A stretch of DNA of 64,000 nt from Octopus bimaculoides (GCF_001194135.2 NC_068982.1:36133167-36197166); one strand, 5' to 3'; shown: positions 12,815-27,800, numbered from the stretch's first letter. Notes: generated by a model not told the origin, from the letters alone. Translations and numbers: made by a program.

Positions 12815-13914
12815 TGGTAACTTACATTAGCAGCCATTATAGCTTCAATTTTCTCCAGTCCTCTCATGGAACAGTCTAGGTCTTCAAGTAGATAGTGACA
12901 ACTTCTGGCTTAGCAACAATTATAGTTTGAATTCCCTTCTATTACTTTATTACAATCCTTCTTTTTTATTTTTTTACTTAGCTTCCTTCTCTGTAAGTCC
13001 ACTTTGTTTTTCTTTCACATCATTACACAATTTTTTTTATTGCATTTCCACCATTTTGTGACTATTCTGTTTTCTAATGATTTATCAGTGAACTTTCTCA
13101 ATAGCATTAAGTTACAGTGTACATATTTAATGCAAGGAGCATTCAAAAGCTAAATAGAAATAATTGTATCGAATAATTATGAAGAAAAAAAAACGATATT
13201 AGTTAATGACTAGTGTTATTTAGATGTTTTTTGCAAGTACAGGAAATAACTCCGGACATGCTCTTACGATCTCATCAGCAAAGTGTAGCCTTCACTGTAC
13301 TTAACAAAATAGTGATGAAAGAATCACCATAATTTTTTTCTCAAATAGTCCCAATTGATTAACGAATTGTATGCAAAGCCCTGACATCACTTTTCTTCTT
13401 GAAGCTCTCCTATTTAATGTTATTTTGCTTCAGTTTTGTTAAGGAGAGTGTTTTGAAGTAAGTGTAATAGACACTGTCCTATGTCACATTTGTCTATAAT
13501 TTTCAATTCAGACTTTGCGTCTGTATACTTTTATTATCCAAGACTTATGAAGTCCTGGAAACAATAAAGAAGGGCTTTCATCTTCAGTCCTTATAACTTG
13601 CTAGAAAAAATATTTTCATTTCCTTTTTTGAAATTCTTTAATGCATAGTTTCTCTTGAACTAAATTTCTACATAAGGATGCAGTGAAGCAACTTTATGCA
13701 TTTTACAGCTAAATGGAAAGTTAACTGTTTGGTCTCAAATGAAAATAAGAAATAAAATATATATTCATATGACACTTAATGAAGAGAAGAAAATGGTTAA
13801 ATATGATTTAAGGATTGGTGAACAAATGACTTTTGGGTGTGTTTTGATGAACAAGGTTTCCAATTGTTCAATCAATAGAACTACTTTGTGTATTATTGTG
13901 TAAGTGGCCGAATA

Positions 13915-14150
13915 TACCTCAGTCACTTATACCCTGAGTGTGTTCTTCAGGTAGACTCTGCATAACATTGTGTGACAAAGCTGAGTCTTTGAAAGTCCAT
14001 TTGACAGGTTCCCATGCAGTTTCTGTCAATCCAGTATCACTGTCAAGGCTTGGGTTGTCCCGAAATTATAGTAGTTGACATTTGCCTGCAGTTAAAGAAT
14101 CCAGAACCTCAGGAGTGAGAGGCAAAATTATTAACTACTCAGCAATGTTT
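13915..14150 (-). mobile_element. Old family C SINE fragment
   Basis: caatccagtatcactgtcaaggcttgggttgtcccgaaattatagtag is a degenerate reverse complement of the family C head. Confidence 0.5.
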
Positions 14151-15299
14151 CTACATTAGTAATAGTTTGTTGTTATATACTGGAAATAGTTTAATAATCA
14201 ATGAGTTGATTCTAGATATTTATTTGCTTATGTTGGCAAATCTACTTAGTGATTGTTTAGTTAAGCTGTTGATTTCCTTTTGAATAACTGTACAAATTTA
14301 CAGAAAATTGTGTTCCTCTTCTAGTAGTATTTGTATTGTTCCCTAATATGGAATTTTTGAAAAAATTGAAGCAACCTTGCAGATCATCTTGGTAGCCAAT
14401 TATATTTTAAAAATACTTTATTTTATTTTATTTTACTTTTGGTTTTCCTAACTAGTTAGTTACTTGGTTTTAATTGTTTGTGGAAAGTTGTCTGTTTTGT
14501 TATTTTTTATTGCTTTGGGCAAGATGGTTATAAAGTTAACATTGTAATTAATTAAAGCAGTAATTTTATTGGAAGGTGCTTAATGTTTGAAAGGGCAAAA
14601 TGGAAATTAATTTATTGCCAAATAATAAGCTGTGAATTTTATGGAAATGAAAAAAAGTTTTATTGAAATACATCAATGTTGTAAATGACTGGAATAATAG
14701 CGTTGGTTAAAATGTGTTAGCATATTTAGTTTTGCTACTCTGTTCTGTGTTTATATCTTGCTTTTGGCTGAATTTAGCATTTGTCCCTTGAAGGCTGCTG
14801 AAATAAATATTGATAATATACTGGGGTTAATTCTTAATTATATTATCTCTCAAAAATTAGTCTTTGTGGCTGGTAAAAAGGAAAAAAGATTAAAACTACA
14901 TATCTAATGGAAACTAATATCATCAAAAAAGTTAACTTTGAGGATCTTGTAAAAAATGAAAATTGTGAATTGCTCCTGTCTTGCTAGTTTGAGATTTTAT
15001 TGTAAAAATATTCAAACAAGCTTCTTTATTAATTGCAAAGTCTTTCAATTAAGTTAAAGCAATCAGAAGTAACTAATGTGGAATATAACTCTGTATAAGA
15101 AAGAAACTAACATACTTATTATTATTCTCTTTGAATTTTGGAAAATCATTAAAAGCCTATAAACTTTTATGCACATTTTTGAGTCTTGCTACAATACCCA
15201 CTGATATATATATGTGTGTGTGTATGCATGCACACACACAAAGCAGATTCAAAAAATTGAAAAACGCCAGCAGTATATTTTATTTGGTTAAGAAATTAT

Positions 15300-15590
15300 A
15301 AATTTCTTATGGCTTTAGACTGGAGGGGCCATGCCAATGGTTTTTGCAGGCTTTCTGGGATAGGGAAATCAATATAGTTTACATTCATCTTGAACTGTTG
15401 TAAGTTGACATCTGCAGGAGAAATATGGGTGGGGAAGGAATTTTGAAAGATAAATATTCTTGGGAGGAAAGATTGGGCTAAGGGGTTAAGACATAGTAAA
15501 GGTGATATAAATGGGAGAGATAGCTGTATCAGTTGAGCCAGGGCAGAAGTAGTATGCAACTAGCTAGTTCAAAACATAACAAATGTATGT
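15300..15590 (-). mobile_element. CR1-like LINE 3' end remnant
   Basis: ..AQSFLPRIFIFQNSFPTHISPADVNLQQFKMNVNYIDF resembles the CR1/L2 terminal SFFPR...WNSLP...FK motif. Confidence 0.55.
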
Positions 15591-15940
15591 CAATGCATCG
15601 GTATTTATGTTAGCACACACATGCTCATAAGTGTTCTTTTGTGTACATAACTATACAGAAATGTATGCATGTGTGAATGTGTGTGAATGCAAATTATGTA
15701 ACTTTTAGGTCAACCAAGTATTAAACAATCAATAAGAAGATTGTTGATAATATCTGAAAGGCATGTCTGATTTGTGATGTTGATAGAGATACATTATCAC
15801 TTTCATTTTCCTTTTTGATTTCAACGTTATTGTCTTTTTATTATTTTAATTTTTCATTGCAAGATCTTTGCTGTTTTAAGTTTTGCATGCATGCATTAGT
15901 ATCCTCATCCTTGTTAGTTCCATTGTTGAACATCAGTACC

Positions 15941-16165
15941 TTATCCCTTTAGCATTTAAACCAGCCATATCCAGCCTAAATATTCTTGTTTTATGTTTGA
16001 ACCAACCAGATCTGGATCCTCATACTTATCCAACTATGTCATTCTAAAAATATGTTATCATATCATCGAAATCCAAAAGCAACAAGCTAATGCATGATTA
16101 ATTCAAAACAGTGTTAATAAATAAGCATTATATTTAACAGAATAATCTAAATGCTAGAGGGTTAA
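15941..16165. mobile_element. TTAA-flanked piggyBac-type MITE, family 1
   Basis: TTAT-CCCTTTTAGCATTTA ... TAAATGCTAGAGGG-TTAA terminal inverted ends; a partial copy lies at about 23280-23390. Confidence 0.75.
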
Positions 16166-19100
16166 TGATTTAATGTTATCTGTTACTTGGATTTATGATG
16201 GACTGTAAGGATTTCCTCCTGTCAACTCCTTTGTATGATAAATCTCTTCATCTTTGCATTCACCATTAAATTTTCATTATGAGAAAATTTATTTGCAGTT
16301 GTTGCTATTGATAACAGGCCAATGTTATAAGTTTCATGGCAGATTCCTTACTGTTTTGTGTAGTAAGGTGTAGGTTGAACATCCATTAGTTCAACTTTTG
16401 CAAAAGAATCACATTTGCTTGACAAGCTATAACAGCAAAATAAAATCCCAAACTTTTTTTATTGAGGAAGTCTATTAAAGCTTTTCTGCTTAATGAGTTT
16501 CTTTAGAATGATGTATTTTGTTAGACTGGGAATGATTGAATATGATTGAATGCACATCTTCCAGTAATGTTTTATGCTTAAGTTTTTTTTTAATTTCATA
16601 ATCAAGTTTAATGTTCCCTTAGTGTATTATTTAATTGTTCAACCTGATTACTTCTTATTTAAGGGTAAGGTGATGGTGGCATCTGAAAAATTGAATTATT
16701 TTTTAATTATCAAATTGTAAGATTACACAGGAGTTCCATGAAAAAAGAGAGAGAATAGTGAAGAAAGTCATAACTATTGTTGCGCTCAAATCTTTACAAA
16801 GGAAAACAAATGGATGTTTTGAAAAAGAAAAAAGTTCAGTAATAACAACAAATAGTTATTTGTTTTGAGGTATTAGATGGCAAATGACCTTTTAAATAAA
16901 TGCTAACTTAACACATTGTGTAGCTTTTATCAAAGAATTGTATGATGAGAGAAGCATGATTTTAAAAGAGCACAAATATAATACTTTGTACAGGTTTGTT
17001 TGACATCATAGTCATGTAAATAAGGAAGGATTTTGAAGAAATAAAACACAGCTTTCTCCAAAAAGTCCAAACAATTAGTAATTTATCTAATGACATGAGT
17101 TGATTAGACATCAACTCAACTAGTAGGAGCATATTTAGCTTGACACTTTAAACAATAGTATATTTATTATCATGATCATTATCATCTCAGTATCTTATCA
17201 GTTTGTGAAAAATATATGAAATGACCTGTTTATCTGTATGCAGTAGGTAATGTCCAAGTAAGACATTTTTTCACCTTTGAAAATAAAATTGACTTTAGCA
17301 AAGGTTTCTTTCCTTGTGTTTGAAAAATTACATTCATTAGTTGTTGGTGTTTTTAAGAAAAAGGTGACAGGTAATTTTTCGATGTAAAAATATTCATGAG
17401 ATAGTTTGAGAATCATCTGTTTCTACATGAAATGTTATTTCATCTCTAATAGATGTAAGTAAAATTTCATGTATTTTACTTTTTTGGCTCTGAATTGAAG
17501 AAATTTAGTATTCTCTGAAAATTGAGAAATCCACTTGGTGTAATAATTAAGTACTTCCAAAGAATGCTTTGTTGAATCAGAGAGTGAAATAATGATTTAA
17601 ATCTTAGCATCAGTTGTATTGGGAGTTTTTACTACATTGTGATTTTCATCCAAAGTTTTCTTAAATAGCTATTGGGTAACTGCGTATTAATCTCACAAAA
17701 AAATTTGAAGCTATTTTTTTTTTATATATAATGGTATGACTTATAATTAAGAAGTTGGATGAATCTGCTGAGTATTCTGAAACATATGGCATACAGATCT
17801 TTATTGTTAAGATCTGAAATTAATTACAATGTTAATTACATTTTGATTCCTTATTATTATATTATAAATAGTTGAAAAAAATAGGTAAATTGATGGCTAT
17901 CTATTTGGAGTATACTATAACTGAATCATTGTACCGAGAAATTTTTTGATTTATTAAATATCAACCAAGTAACTCTTTTGTTGATATTTTCTATCGTGTT
18001 ATTGTCATTTAAATTATAGGCAGCTTATAATAAAATGGAAGCACTTTGTTAAATGAAATAAATTTTTGAATAAGGATTGAACGTGCTTCCTTTTGTTTAA
18101 CTGTTTAGCTAAATTTTCTTTGTATTTTATAACTTTGATAGCATTCAGATATTTTCTGCCCTGTAATAATATATCTACTGATAATGATGACTGGTGTTGA
18201 ACCTTATAAGAACCTTAAGGTGTTAAAAGGCTCTAATTTATGAGTTGTATAATTCACTAATGTCTTCTTGCAGCAACACTTTTTTTTTTAATTCTGTAAA
18301 TTATCATTGAAGGTGGATTTGTATATCAGATATGAAAACCTTATTTGTGTAGAAAATAAATGATATCTTACCTTAGAACCTTCAACAATATTGTGGTTAT
18401 ATTAGCTTTTTTTTTTACGAGGATGATTCCATAACTGAAATGTTTTATTTTGACAGTCATTCTTAAATAGATTACATTTAAGATGGTGCCTTAAATGATA
18501 TATTGCTTGCTGTTATACTAGGAAGCATTTCTGCCTTTATCAAAATCTATTCTTTATGCTATAATGTACACATGGCTGTACTGCTAGCCAGCCAACCTCT
18601 TTCTTTGCATGAATATCTGTTCCAACTTCAGCCTGTATTTTTTGTATCTTCCAGTTGATGCCTTTCATTTTCTACTTTAACATTCTATCGAAAAATGTTT
18701 CCATTTACTGGTAATGAGGTCACTTATGTTTGATTGTTGCAGTCAATCTAGCTTTGCACCAACTTTTGTTTTTTGCCTTTTAATTATTTTAAAAATTACT
18801 CCTTTCTCCTTTAATGATATGAACTAAAACATTTAAATTAGTAGTTGAACAGACCAGTAACTTTCTTTAAAGATATTGTTTCAGAGTTGCTTTTGAAATA
18901 CTCATGTAATTTTCAGAATTCTTGTACTTTAGGTTTTCTACAAATCTGTGCACATTTTTCATGTTTTTTTCTCTTGTGCTTGAGATATAAGGCTTCTTAA
19001 AAGTCTTAAGAAGGGACATGATATTACTTGAAATATCTTTTCTTGCATTTTGTGTATTCAATATTTTTTATTCTAAACTGAAGATACTTTTCAAGCCTTT

Positions 19101-19938
19101 TAGCTTTTAGTCCAGTATGAGCACTAACTTGTCAGGTTGGATGGGGTTGATGTTTGTAAATTATTTGCCTTTCATCGTTTGTTACTGCTCATGATGGTCA
19201 TTTGTTAAGTCAGAATGTCTATCACTATTTATTGTTTGTTTATAATTTTAAACTTTTATTTATGAAATACCATTTATGAAATTTATTTCATCTATTAAAA
19301 AAATGGTCTGTTGATTCTTTAATGATTACCTATTGAGTGAACATAACTCTGGTTTTACCATCAATATAATGGCTTGCTTTCCATTCTTTACAAAAATTTC
19401 TCTCTCCCCACTGCAAGCAATCTGAAAGACATAACAACTAAATGATGTGTTTGAAGACCCCTTTTTGTAAGCTTTAAAAGGAAATAATTCCATTTCTTTC
19501 AGTGTTTCACATAGACATTTTTAGCCTAACATTCAATAGAATACAAGAAAGAATTACAAAATTATATGTATGTATGTATAAACCAAGGCTGTGTTTTAGT
19601 TTAATTGTTTCTTATTAAAGATTTTTCTTATTTTCTTATTAGTCCTTCTTGTTTAGTTTGGAACAGTAATATTCCTAAATCCAGTATCATTTCAAGACTT
19701 TCTTTGACCTCATCTTCTCTGTTAAAAACTATTCCCGAAGTTACTTTCAGTAATATATCTTAAATAAATAAAACTGTAATGTACAACATTAAAATATTTT
19801 CAGCATTCAACATCGACATAAATCATAAATCCATGATAAAATAATTGGTTGATCTCATCACGCCATAATAAAATAGAGTAAATAAATGTTTAGGTACCAT
19901 ATTTATTACATATCAAAAAAAGTAACAGGTTTTGAAGG

Positions 19939-19982
<44 letters not shown>

Positions 19983-21621
19983 AATGCTTGAAAGAGCAGT
20001 CTTTCACTTAACATGGCAATCAACTTCTTGAACTCATATGGATTAATTTTTGATGATGCAGACAACCTCCAGTACCTTTGGATTCTAGATTTGTATATTT
20101 TAGAGTGTTTTTTTATTTTTTATCTAAGACAATGCTGAAGACTTTGTGTAAGTCAGCCTAACAAGAATATCCAGACATGTGTCATTAGTGTGAAGTGAAA
20201 TGATTAAAATAGGAATCAAAAGCAGGTTGTGAACCCAGCCTCCAATCTATGGCTCATTTTAGAATATGCATGTACTGAATATGGCATACAAAATGTTCTT
20301 AATAGAAAAAAATTCTCTTGTAGCACCAGTATTCAAGATATTTAACACTTCTAATATGTACTATTTTTGGTTTTCATAATTTTCTACAGTATTTATTCAG
20401 TAATATTAACAATCTAGTCAAGCTGTTTGTTATCAGTATTGTATATTAGTTTTTTTGCATGTTTTAATGTTTTTACACCTATTTTGAGATCTGATCCCTT
20501 ATTTGAATTTCCATTAGTAATTAAAAATCTTAATATTGCAACACATATATATATCACATCAACTATTGGTGATTATGGAAAATTCAAAAGTAAAGTTTTT
20601 CTATGAGTTATATCCATTAAAAAAGACAAAGTAATTTATATTATTTAATGAGATTTTTCTTTATAAATATATTTTTAAATTTTGACATTCTGTTTCAATA
20701 TTCCGCAAAAGTTAATTAATTGTTGACTTTTGTAAAAAAAAAAAAAATAAAAATGAAAAAGAATATATGAACAGTTGCTGTGATTTCCTACATTAAAACA
20801 TCTCAATAATATTTGGAGATGGTTGATGACTCACTCACATATTTGCTCACTTTTTTTTCTACAATAAATTCAATTTGTATTTGTCAATGGCTTTTTATTG
20901 TTATTATTTGTACTGAATTAAATATTTAAAACTTGTTTAACAGCTAAAATATTTTAGCATATTAAATTTTTACTGCTTGATTGCTTCAAAACTGTTACAC
21001 ATACAAATTATTAATTTCGAATCACAGAGGAAAACATAAAATGAAATGCGTTGTTGTAAAATTGTCTAAATGTAAGGTATTGGTAGTTAGAACCCTCCAT
21101 CTGTAGGATTTACTTTACATTCAGCAAAATTTCTAATGCACAGTGGCTTTTAAATTGACCTGCCTTTTTGAGCTAGAAACATGAAAGAATTAATCTGTTG
21201 AGATTCATATATATCTTTTATTTTATGTAATTTTAAATAACTCTATATTTTTCTGTATTAGTAGGCTTCATCTTCAAACAGTTAATGGAAAAAGAATTTT
21301 ATCGAAGTCATGATTAGAACCTTGATATTATGGTGGAAAATAGGAACATTATTGGCAATTGGGATATTTTTTGGGATATCTAACAAAATCTCTAAAATAA
21401 GACAAAAATAATAGAAAAAGAAAAAAATAAAGTATTTTTGAAATTTTGTATGTTCATTGTGTTAAACATATTTCAGTTCTTTTCTTAGCAGTTATTTTTA
21501 AAGATGCATTTAATGTTTTACAAAAAATTATGACTTCTATAGAAGTGCATTAGTATCCAAATAAAAAAAAAAGATTAAAGCTCTACATTTCTTAATATCG
21601 TTTAAAAACATTAAACTGGTT

Positions 21622-21627
21622 TTATTT
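21622..21627 (-). terminator. Candidate poly(A) signal AATAAA for the PhyH-like gene
   Basis: First AATAAA noticed on the minus strand, about 130 nt after the stop. The hexamer is common in this AT-rich DNA. Confidence 0.3.
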
Positions 21628-21758
21628 CAATTAAGCACAACATTAACAATAATTCAGATGCACCATTTTATCTTAAACTGTTTGTAATGTTGTCAGCAAC
21701 TTGGTCTAGTGATAGAGAGAATACATTAACTACTTGATTTTTAAATGCATTGATGGTT

Positions 21759-21884
21759 TCAAATGTTAGCTTCTTCATTATCAAACCGGAAACTCTCGAT
21801 GTGTCTGTTGTGGTGAACTATCTCCCATCGATTAAACCATGGGCCTGATACACAGGTGTTAAATTCATCATCAATGTTCTCATC
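21759..21884 (-). CDS. PhyH-like terminal coding exon
   Basis: attcaacag|GAT..ATT TGA; [41 protein letters not shown]. Confidence 0.88.
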   Translation of the reverse strand, partial: DENIDDEFNTCVSGPWFNRWEIVHHNRHIESFRFDNEEANI

Positions 21885-24800
21885 CTGTTGAATAAAAGCA
21901 ATTCTATTGATTTCTTATTCTGATATTGATGTCTTACACAAGAGAAAAAATATTAAAAATAGGAACAATAATTATTAGCATAAATGTTTCTAATTTAGAC
22001 ATGGGGCTAGCAATTGTGAGAAGGAGGAGTTAGTGACCCCAACTCCAGTACTTTTTGACTGGTACTTTATTTCATTGATCAAAGAGGAATGAAAGGCAAT
22101 GTTGATCACTGCAGGATTTAAACTCAATGTAAAGAGCCATATCTAAGTGACCGCAAGGTATCCTATCCAAAGCTCCAACCTATTATAATCATCATCATTT
22201 AACATCCATTTTCCATGTTGGCTTAGGTTGGACAGTTTGACTGGATATGACCAGCCAGAGGACTGCACCAAGCTGCAATGTCTGTTTTAGTATGGTTTCT
22301 ACAGCTGGATGCACTTCCTAACACCAACCACTTTACAGAATGTACTGGACACATTTTGCATGACACCACTACCAGTGAGAAGACTCACAAGACAATACTA
22401 CATCTCACTCAACTGAGTGATGTGTAGTATTGAACAAGGTGGTTTTATGCCAGGTGTTAAGAGGCTGAAGTATGATAGAGGAACAGCAACACGTGTTTTG
22501 CTGTAGAAGAAAATATATGGCTACCCTAGTTGGAAAAGCAAGATAGTGGTGAAAATGTGTCTCAGATACTCTCAAGTTACGAGAAGGTGAATATAAGAAA
22601 AATGATACAGAGGATTGGACAGGGTGGATGGGTAAGTAAACAAATTAGTGAGAATGTGAAAGGAGAGTGGTAGATGGATAGAGATGGGGACAAAGGGGAA
22701 CACAGCTGGAGTGGCGGTGTTAGGAAGAGTAGTTGCATGGGAGAGATTTGTCAGACAGACTGTGTGCAGAGGCATAGCGATATAAACCTTTAAATCTTTA
22801 AAAATGTTTCAGCTTCAAGGCTGCTGTCATGCTGTAACACCATTGTTGTATAAGGATTATTATAATACTGGAATCAGATAAGTCTTTTTTTTTTTTGACT
22901 TGCATTGTTCTGACGACCTGTGGGTACCACTGTACTTTCTTATTGAAAGGCAATGAATTACAAAAACAGTAGAAACCAAATGCCTGACAGTATTTAGTTT
23001 TGTTCCTCCATATTCAGAGTTAATATTTTATGAGGGTTAATAAATACCAATGATTGATTATCAACTAAAAAATATCTCTACAAACCTGCATTCATATGGT
23101 TAAGCTAGAAATGACTATCGGTTTACCAGGGTTGGTATTAATGTAGATTAATTATAAAATGTTTGATGCATTTACATATGCTCTATTATCCTAAATATCA
23201 TCTAAATTCCATACAGATAAAAGAGATAACCACATAAAAAATGAAATGAAATGATATTTCCTATTGCATAAAAAAATCATGCATTATCTTGTTGATCAAA
23301 GCTACAAGATAATGTATAATTAATTCAAAGCAATATAAATAAATGAGCATTACACTTGATAGAATAATCTGAATGCGAAAGTGTTAAACTCCAGAAACCT
23401 TGTCCAAAGGTGCCAGGTGAGCAGACAGCAGGCTAAGTCTATCACCCAAGTAGGCCATAGTAAGATTTGAACTTAGAACACAAAGAGCCAGTATAACTAT
23501 CTGACCCAATGTTCTTACAGTTATGCCTATCCTCCATCATAGATTCTACTTTTGTATTGATCTCAAAAGTATGAAAGGTATAATTGTCTTCAGTGAGATT
23601 TGGAACAAGGGTACAGAGAGGTGTAACAAATACCCTGAGACAGTCTTCCTGACATTCTAATGATTCTGCCAGTTTATCACCTATAGATAGCAAAATATTA
23701 AATATACCTTCTTAGAATAACGTTTTTGCCACTCAGTTTTACGGTCAGTTGAAAGAAACTTTTCCCAGTCTGGCTCTAAATTTGGCTGTTTTTCTGATCT
23801 CATTAGTATTCCTTCTTGGAGATTATAAAATCCCCATTTTTCCTTTGGAGATTGCCACCGTAAATCAACACTCCAACGCACATCATTTGAAATATTTAAC
23901 AAACTGTGAATAGAACAAAAGTTGATCTGTTATTAAGATTGGTTCAAAAATATAATTGGGAAATTTCAAACCTGATCATTAATCTTCTCCCAACAATCAC
24001 AATCAATATTGGAAATATAAAAAAAAAAATTTTTGGTTGAATGGATTTAGTTATAACTGTTTATAATGTTTATATAACTGTTTATATTAATGATTTCTAA
24101 AAAATATAAATATTGGTTTCAAATTTTGGCACTTGGCCAACAAGTTTGGGGGAGCGGGTAAGTTGATTACATCAACCTCGATGGTCAACTGGTACTAATT
24201 TTATCGACCCTGAAAGGATGAAAGGCAAAGTCAACCTCGGTGGAATTGAATTCAGATCATAAAGATGAACGAAATGCTGCTAAGCATTTTGCCCAGCATA
24301 CTAATGATTCTGCCAGCTCACTGCCGTAAAGAATGTTAATATTGAACAAAGATCCTTAATTTCAAAGAAAGTAAATATATGCCAAATAATACAGATAAAA
24401 CTTATATTAAAAAAAAAAAAAGAATTAATTGTACTTTGCTTTCAGATTCTAGATTATCCCTCAAAACTAAACAAAATGTTATTTTCTACTCTAGGCACAA
24501 AGCCTGAAATTTTGTTGGGAGGGGGCCAGTTGATTAGATTGACCCCAGTACACAACTGGTACTTATTTTATTGACCCCGAAAGGATGAAAGGCAAAGTCG
24601 ACCTCAGCAGAATCTGAACTCATATTGTAAAGGCAGATGAAATAACGCTAAGTATTTCACCCGGCGTGCTAACATTTCTGCCAGCTTGTCACTTTAAACT
24701 AAACGAAATATTAAATACCTGAAAGGTTCATGGAAGGTTTCATAAAACCTATCATAATTTAATATCCCAGCATTATTTTCAGTTGAAAGTTGAGATATTT

Positions 24801-27800
24801 ACCTTCGATGTGGTGTGATATTTTGAAATAGGAGCATTCCACCATAAGGAACATGGCAAGTTATAATATCTCTCTCTAAATCAACACCTGAAGATAATAA
24901 AAATTAAAAATCATATTGAGTATTATAAGATTATTAGAATTATTATATTTAGATTAAATTTGACTATCATGAAATGATATTCTAAAATGAAATTCTGCTA
25001 ATATATGATTACAAGCCATACACAGGGGATATCATATATAGTAAATATGTTGTATTGCCTATAGTTATAAAGTTATGAATGATGTTGAGTTATCTGAATC
25101 AAAATGAATTTTTTAAATAAGTCAGTAGAGAAAGGCCAGCAGCCATGAACCTTCTTCAAGTCATCTAAGACTAGTAGGGGCAACACATTATACTGCATCC
25201 AGGGGTGAGGCTCTAGTTTAGGAGTTTTGTGTAGGATGGATTCATCTGTTAGTTACTACCACTCTTGGATCTGCTCTGGCCTGAGATGTTAGTATAGGTG
25301 AAATAGTGAGAGACAACCTTGTGACTAAGGCACAAAGGACTTGGAGGAAGGCTAACTCTAGACATGTGTTACACTGGCCAACTGATATGTGAACAAACCT
25401 TGATGTTACATGAACCAATCTCACTGTCTAATGCTTAGATAGGCTTTGTGCTTCAATGAGAAAGACTAGCGGAGTAACCAACAGGAAACCATTGCTTCTA
25501 AATAAGACCATGAATCTTCAGACTTAGGCATGGAGGTTTGTGATTGCTGATACTTGTAGGTGTAATGTCTGAAGAGAAAGAGAAGACTAAGAGGAGGAAG
25601 TTATCCTCAGATTGGAGTCCTGGCTTGAAGGCTTGAAACAGTATACTCCATTAAAAGCACTCAAAGGCCGAGTGGTGTTATTAAACCAGATGACTTATGT
25701 CTATTACTCAAGATAAAAAAACTTCTCCCTCTGATAAGTTTCACAGAGTTTGTCTCCCAAATTTCACCCAGAAAGCTTTGGTTAATCCAAGATTATGGTG
25801 AAAGAGACTTGCTTAAGGTGACATGGTGAGTGTTCAAATCTGAAACATGTGAAAGTGAATTTCTTAACCATGTAGCTATAGCTGCACTATACTGAATGTA
25901 ATATAGAAGTAATCAATCATATGTTTTTGATACCAGCACAGCAGACATTTCATTATAGGAAGAAAACTGCACCTTGTTTGGCATGAATTAAAGATGGCAT
26001 ATAGTACAGACTGTATCATATATTGATGTAGAATTCAAGTTGTCTACTTATTGTTTGGGAACTATTATATAAGCATCATATATTAAGGAAGTATTGGACA
26101 TGAAATACTAGTTATCACCAAGTATTGAACATAAAATACTAGTTATCACTAAACTGCTGATAGTATGCAAATTTACTATATGGATCATGGAAGGATAAAG
26201 ATTTTACAATCAAGAAAAGTAAGCCTCATTTTCTCAATTAATTTAGTCTGTTATTTTACTTGTGATCTAGTGCTTGTTTTCAGTACAATGGAATGTAAAT
26301 AAAATACAGAATACAATTGTGTTGTAATTTCTCATGTCTCCTTGGATTGAAGTGACAACTGAAATTTTTGTCTTGACATAATGTGTCAAGAGTAGATTAG
26401 ATTAGCAGACTCCTATCTTTCTGTAGCTGTATTCAGCTGTATGTGACTTTTTGGATGAAGAATAAGTAAAGTTATGATATTTATTCTGCTCCAAAATATA
26501 TCATCAGTATAAATTAGTCGCTCAGACTAAGAATTGAAACTAAGTCATAGATTCAGCTCAGTGAGAGCTTAATATTCTGCAATACTTACAAGTGAAAATG
26601 ATACAAGAAGTTATAAGTAGTTGACATATGAGTTTTCCTTACAAAATTTCAAAGATTTAAACAAGTAACACCACTTCATAATAACTTTTGTAAAGTCATG
26701 AATACCTCAACATCACATATCTCCTCTTTTCAAAATATAGGGCCTTATATATAGGTTGAAAAAAATTGCTTTAGATATTTAAGAACAAGAACTTGTTCAG
26801 TGATAGTCACAGTTGAAGTAAATTCTTACCTAATGTTTTTTGCATTTCTTCTTCAGCCAGATCAACATACCATGTATCTCCAGGGCTGCAAGTATGGTGA
26901 GCAATCTTTCCAGTGTGATGACCATAGCGAGCCATCTATTAAAGGCAGAACAGAGTCATTTTAAAGTGTTCAGGGCTATGACTTTCAGCTAGAAATAGGA
27001 GACAATACAGTAAGACAATAGGAATGCGCAACAATTTTCTCAGACATTCCTATTATCGAAATTTTGAAAGATAATTTCTGCTACTATACTTATGTCATTG
27101 TGACTACTATATACAAAGTCATGGTCAAATGAGAGAAAACCTCCAAGCAACACATATGCAAACAGTACGAACATACTTCACAAACCATTCACCCAATAAA
27201 TTATGAAACAATTTCCCAACTCATCAGCACAAATGCAAATACACTATCCATGCACACTCATCTTCAACGTGGCTCAACTTAGAACTAACTAATTATTCTT
27301 CCTTCATTCCTAAACCCAAACACATATTGGATACTGCTCATCCTGTAAGGCCTACATGATGTAATCTTTTACATTGCACACATATACCTAAATGACAACA
27401 TACCTCACTAAAACAGACCAACTTTTCAAGATGTGGAACCAAGTCTCTGCTTCTTGAATGAAATTCGATAATTGCAGCACAGTTCAGTTGACAAGAACAG
27501 TGATGAGATGATGATGAATAGTGATGAGAACAGTGACAATATAACAATGGTTATAGTGATACCTGTAATGATTCTTTCAAAATTTTGATATGAAGATGAT
27601 ATTAAACAATTATTTACTTGCATGCCTCCATTTCTAGCATTGGTATTCAAGAATGGGATCCATGCAGTCAGTATCATATGATCATAAGAATCAGGATCAA
27701 AATAGGCACTATCTGGAAAAAAAAAAAAAATTAAACTATCACTTCAGTGAATAAATTAAGTGATGAAATATTGGTTTCAAACTTTTGCACAAGACCAGAA

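Noticed and set aside
12812-12820. Selenocysteine or readthrough at the UBAC1 TGA
   Set aside because: TGA TGG TAA terminates again immediately.
23442-23693. 83-aa ORF right after a PhyH-like exon as an alternative exon
   Set aside because: Its AG is under 30 nt from the donor (too short for an intron), there is no recognisable homology, and its end runs into repeat-like sequence.
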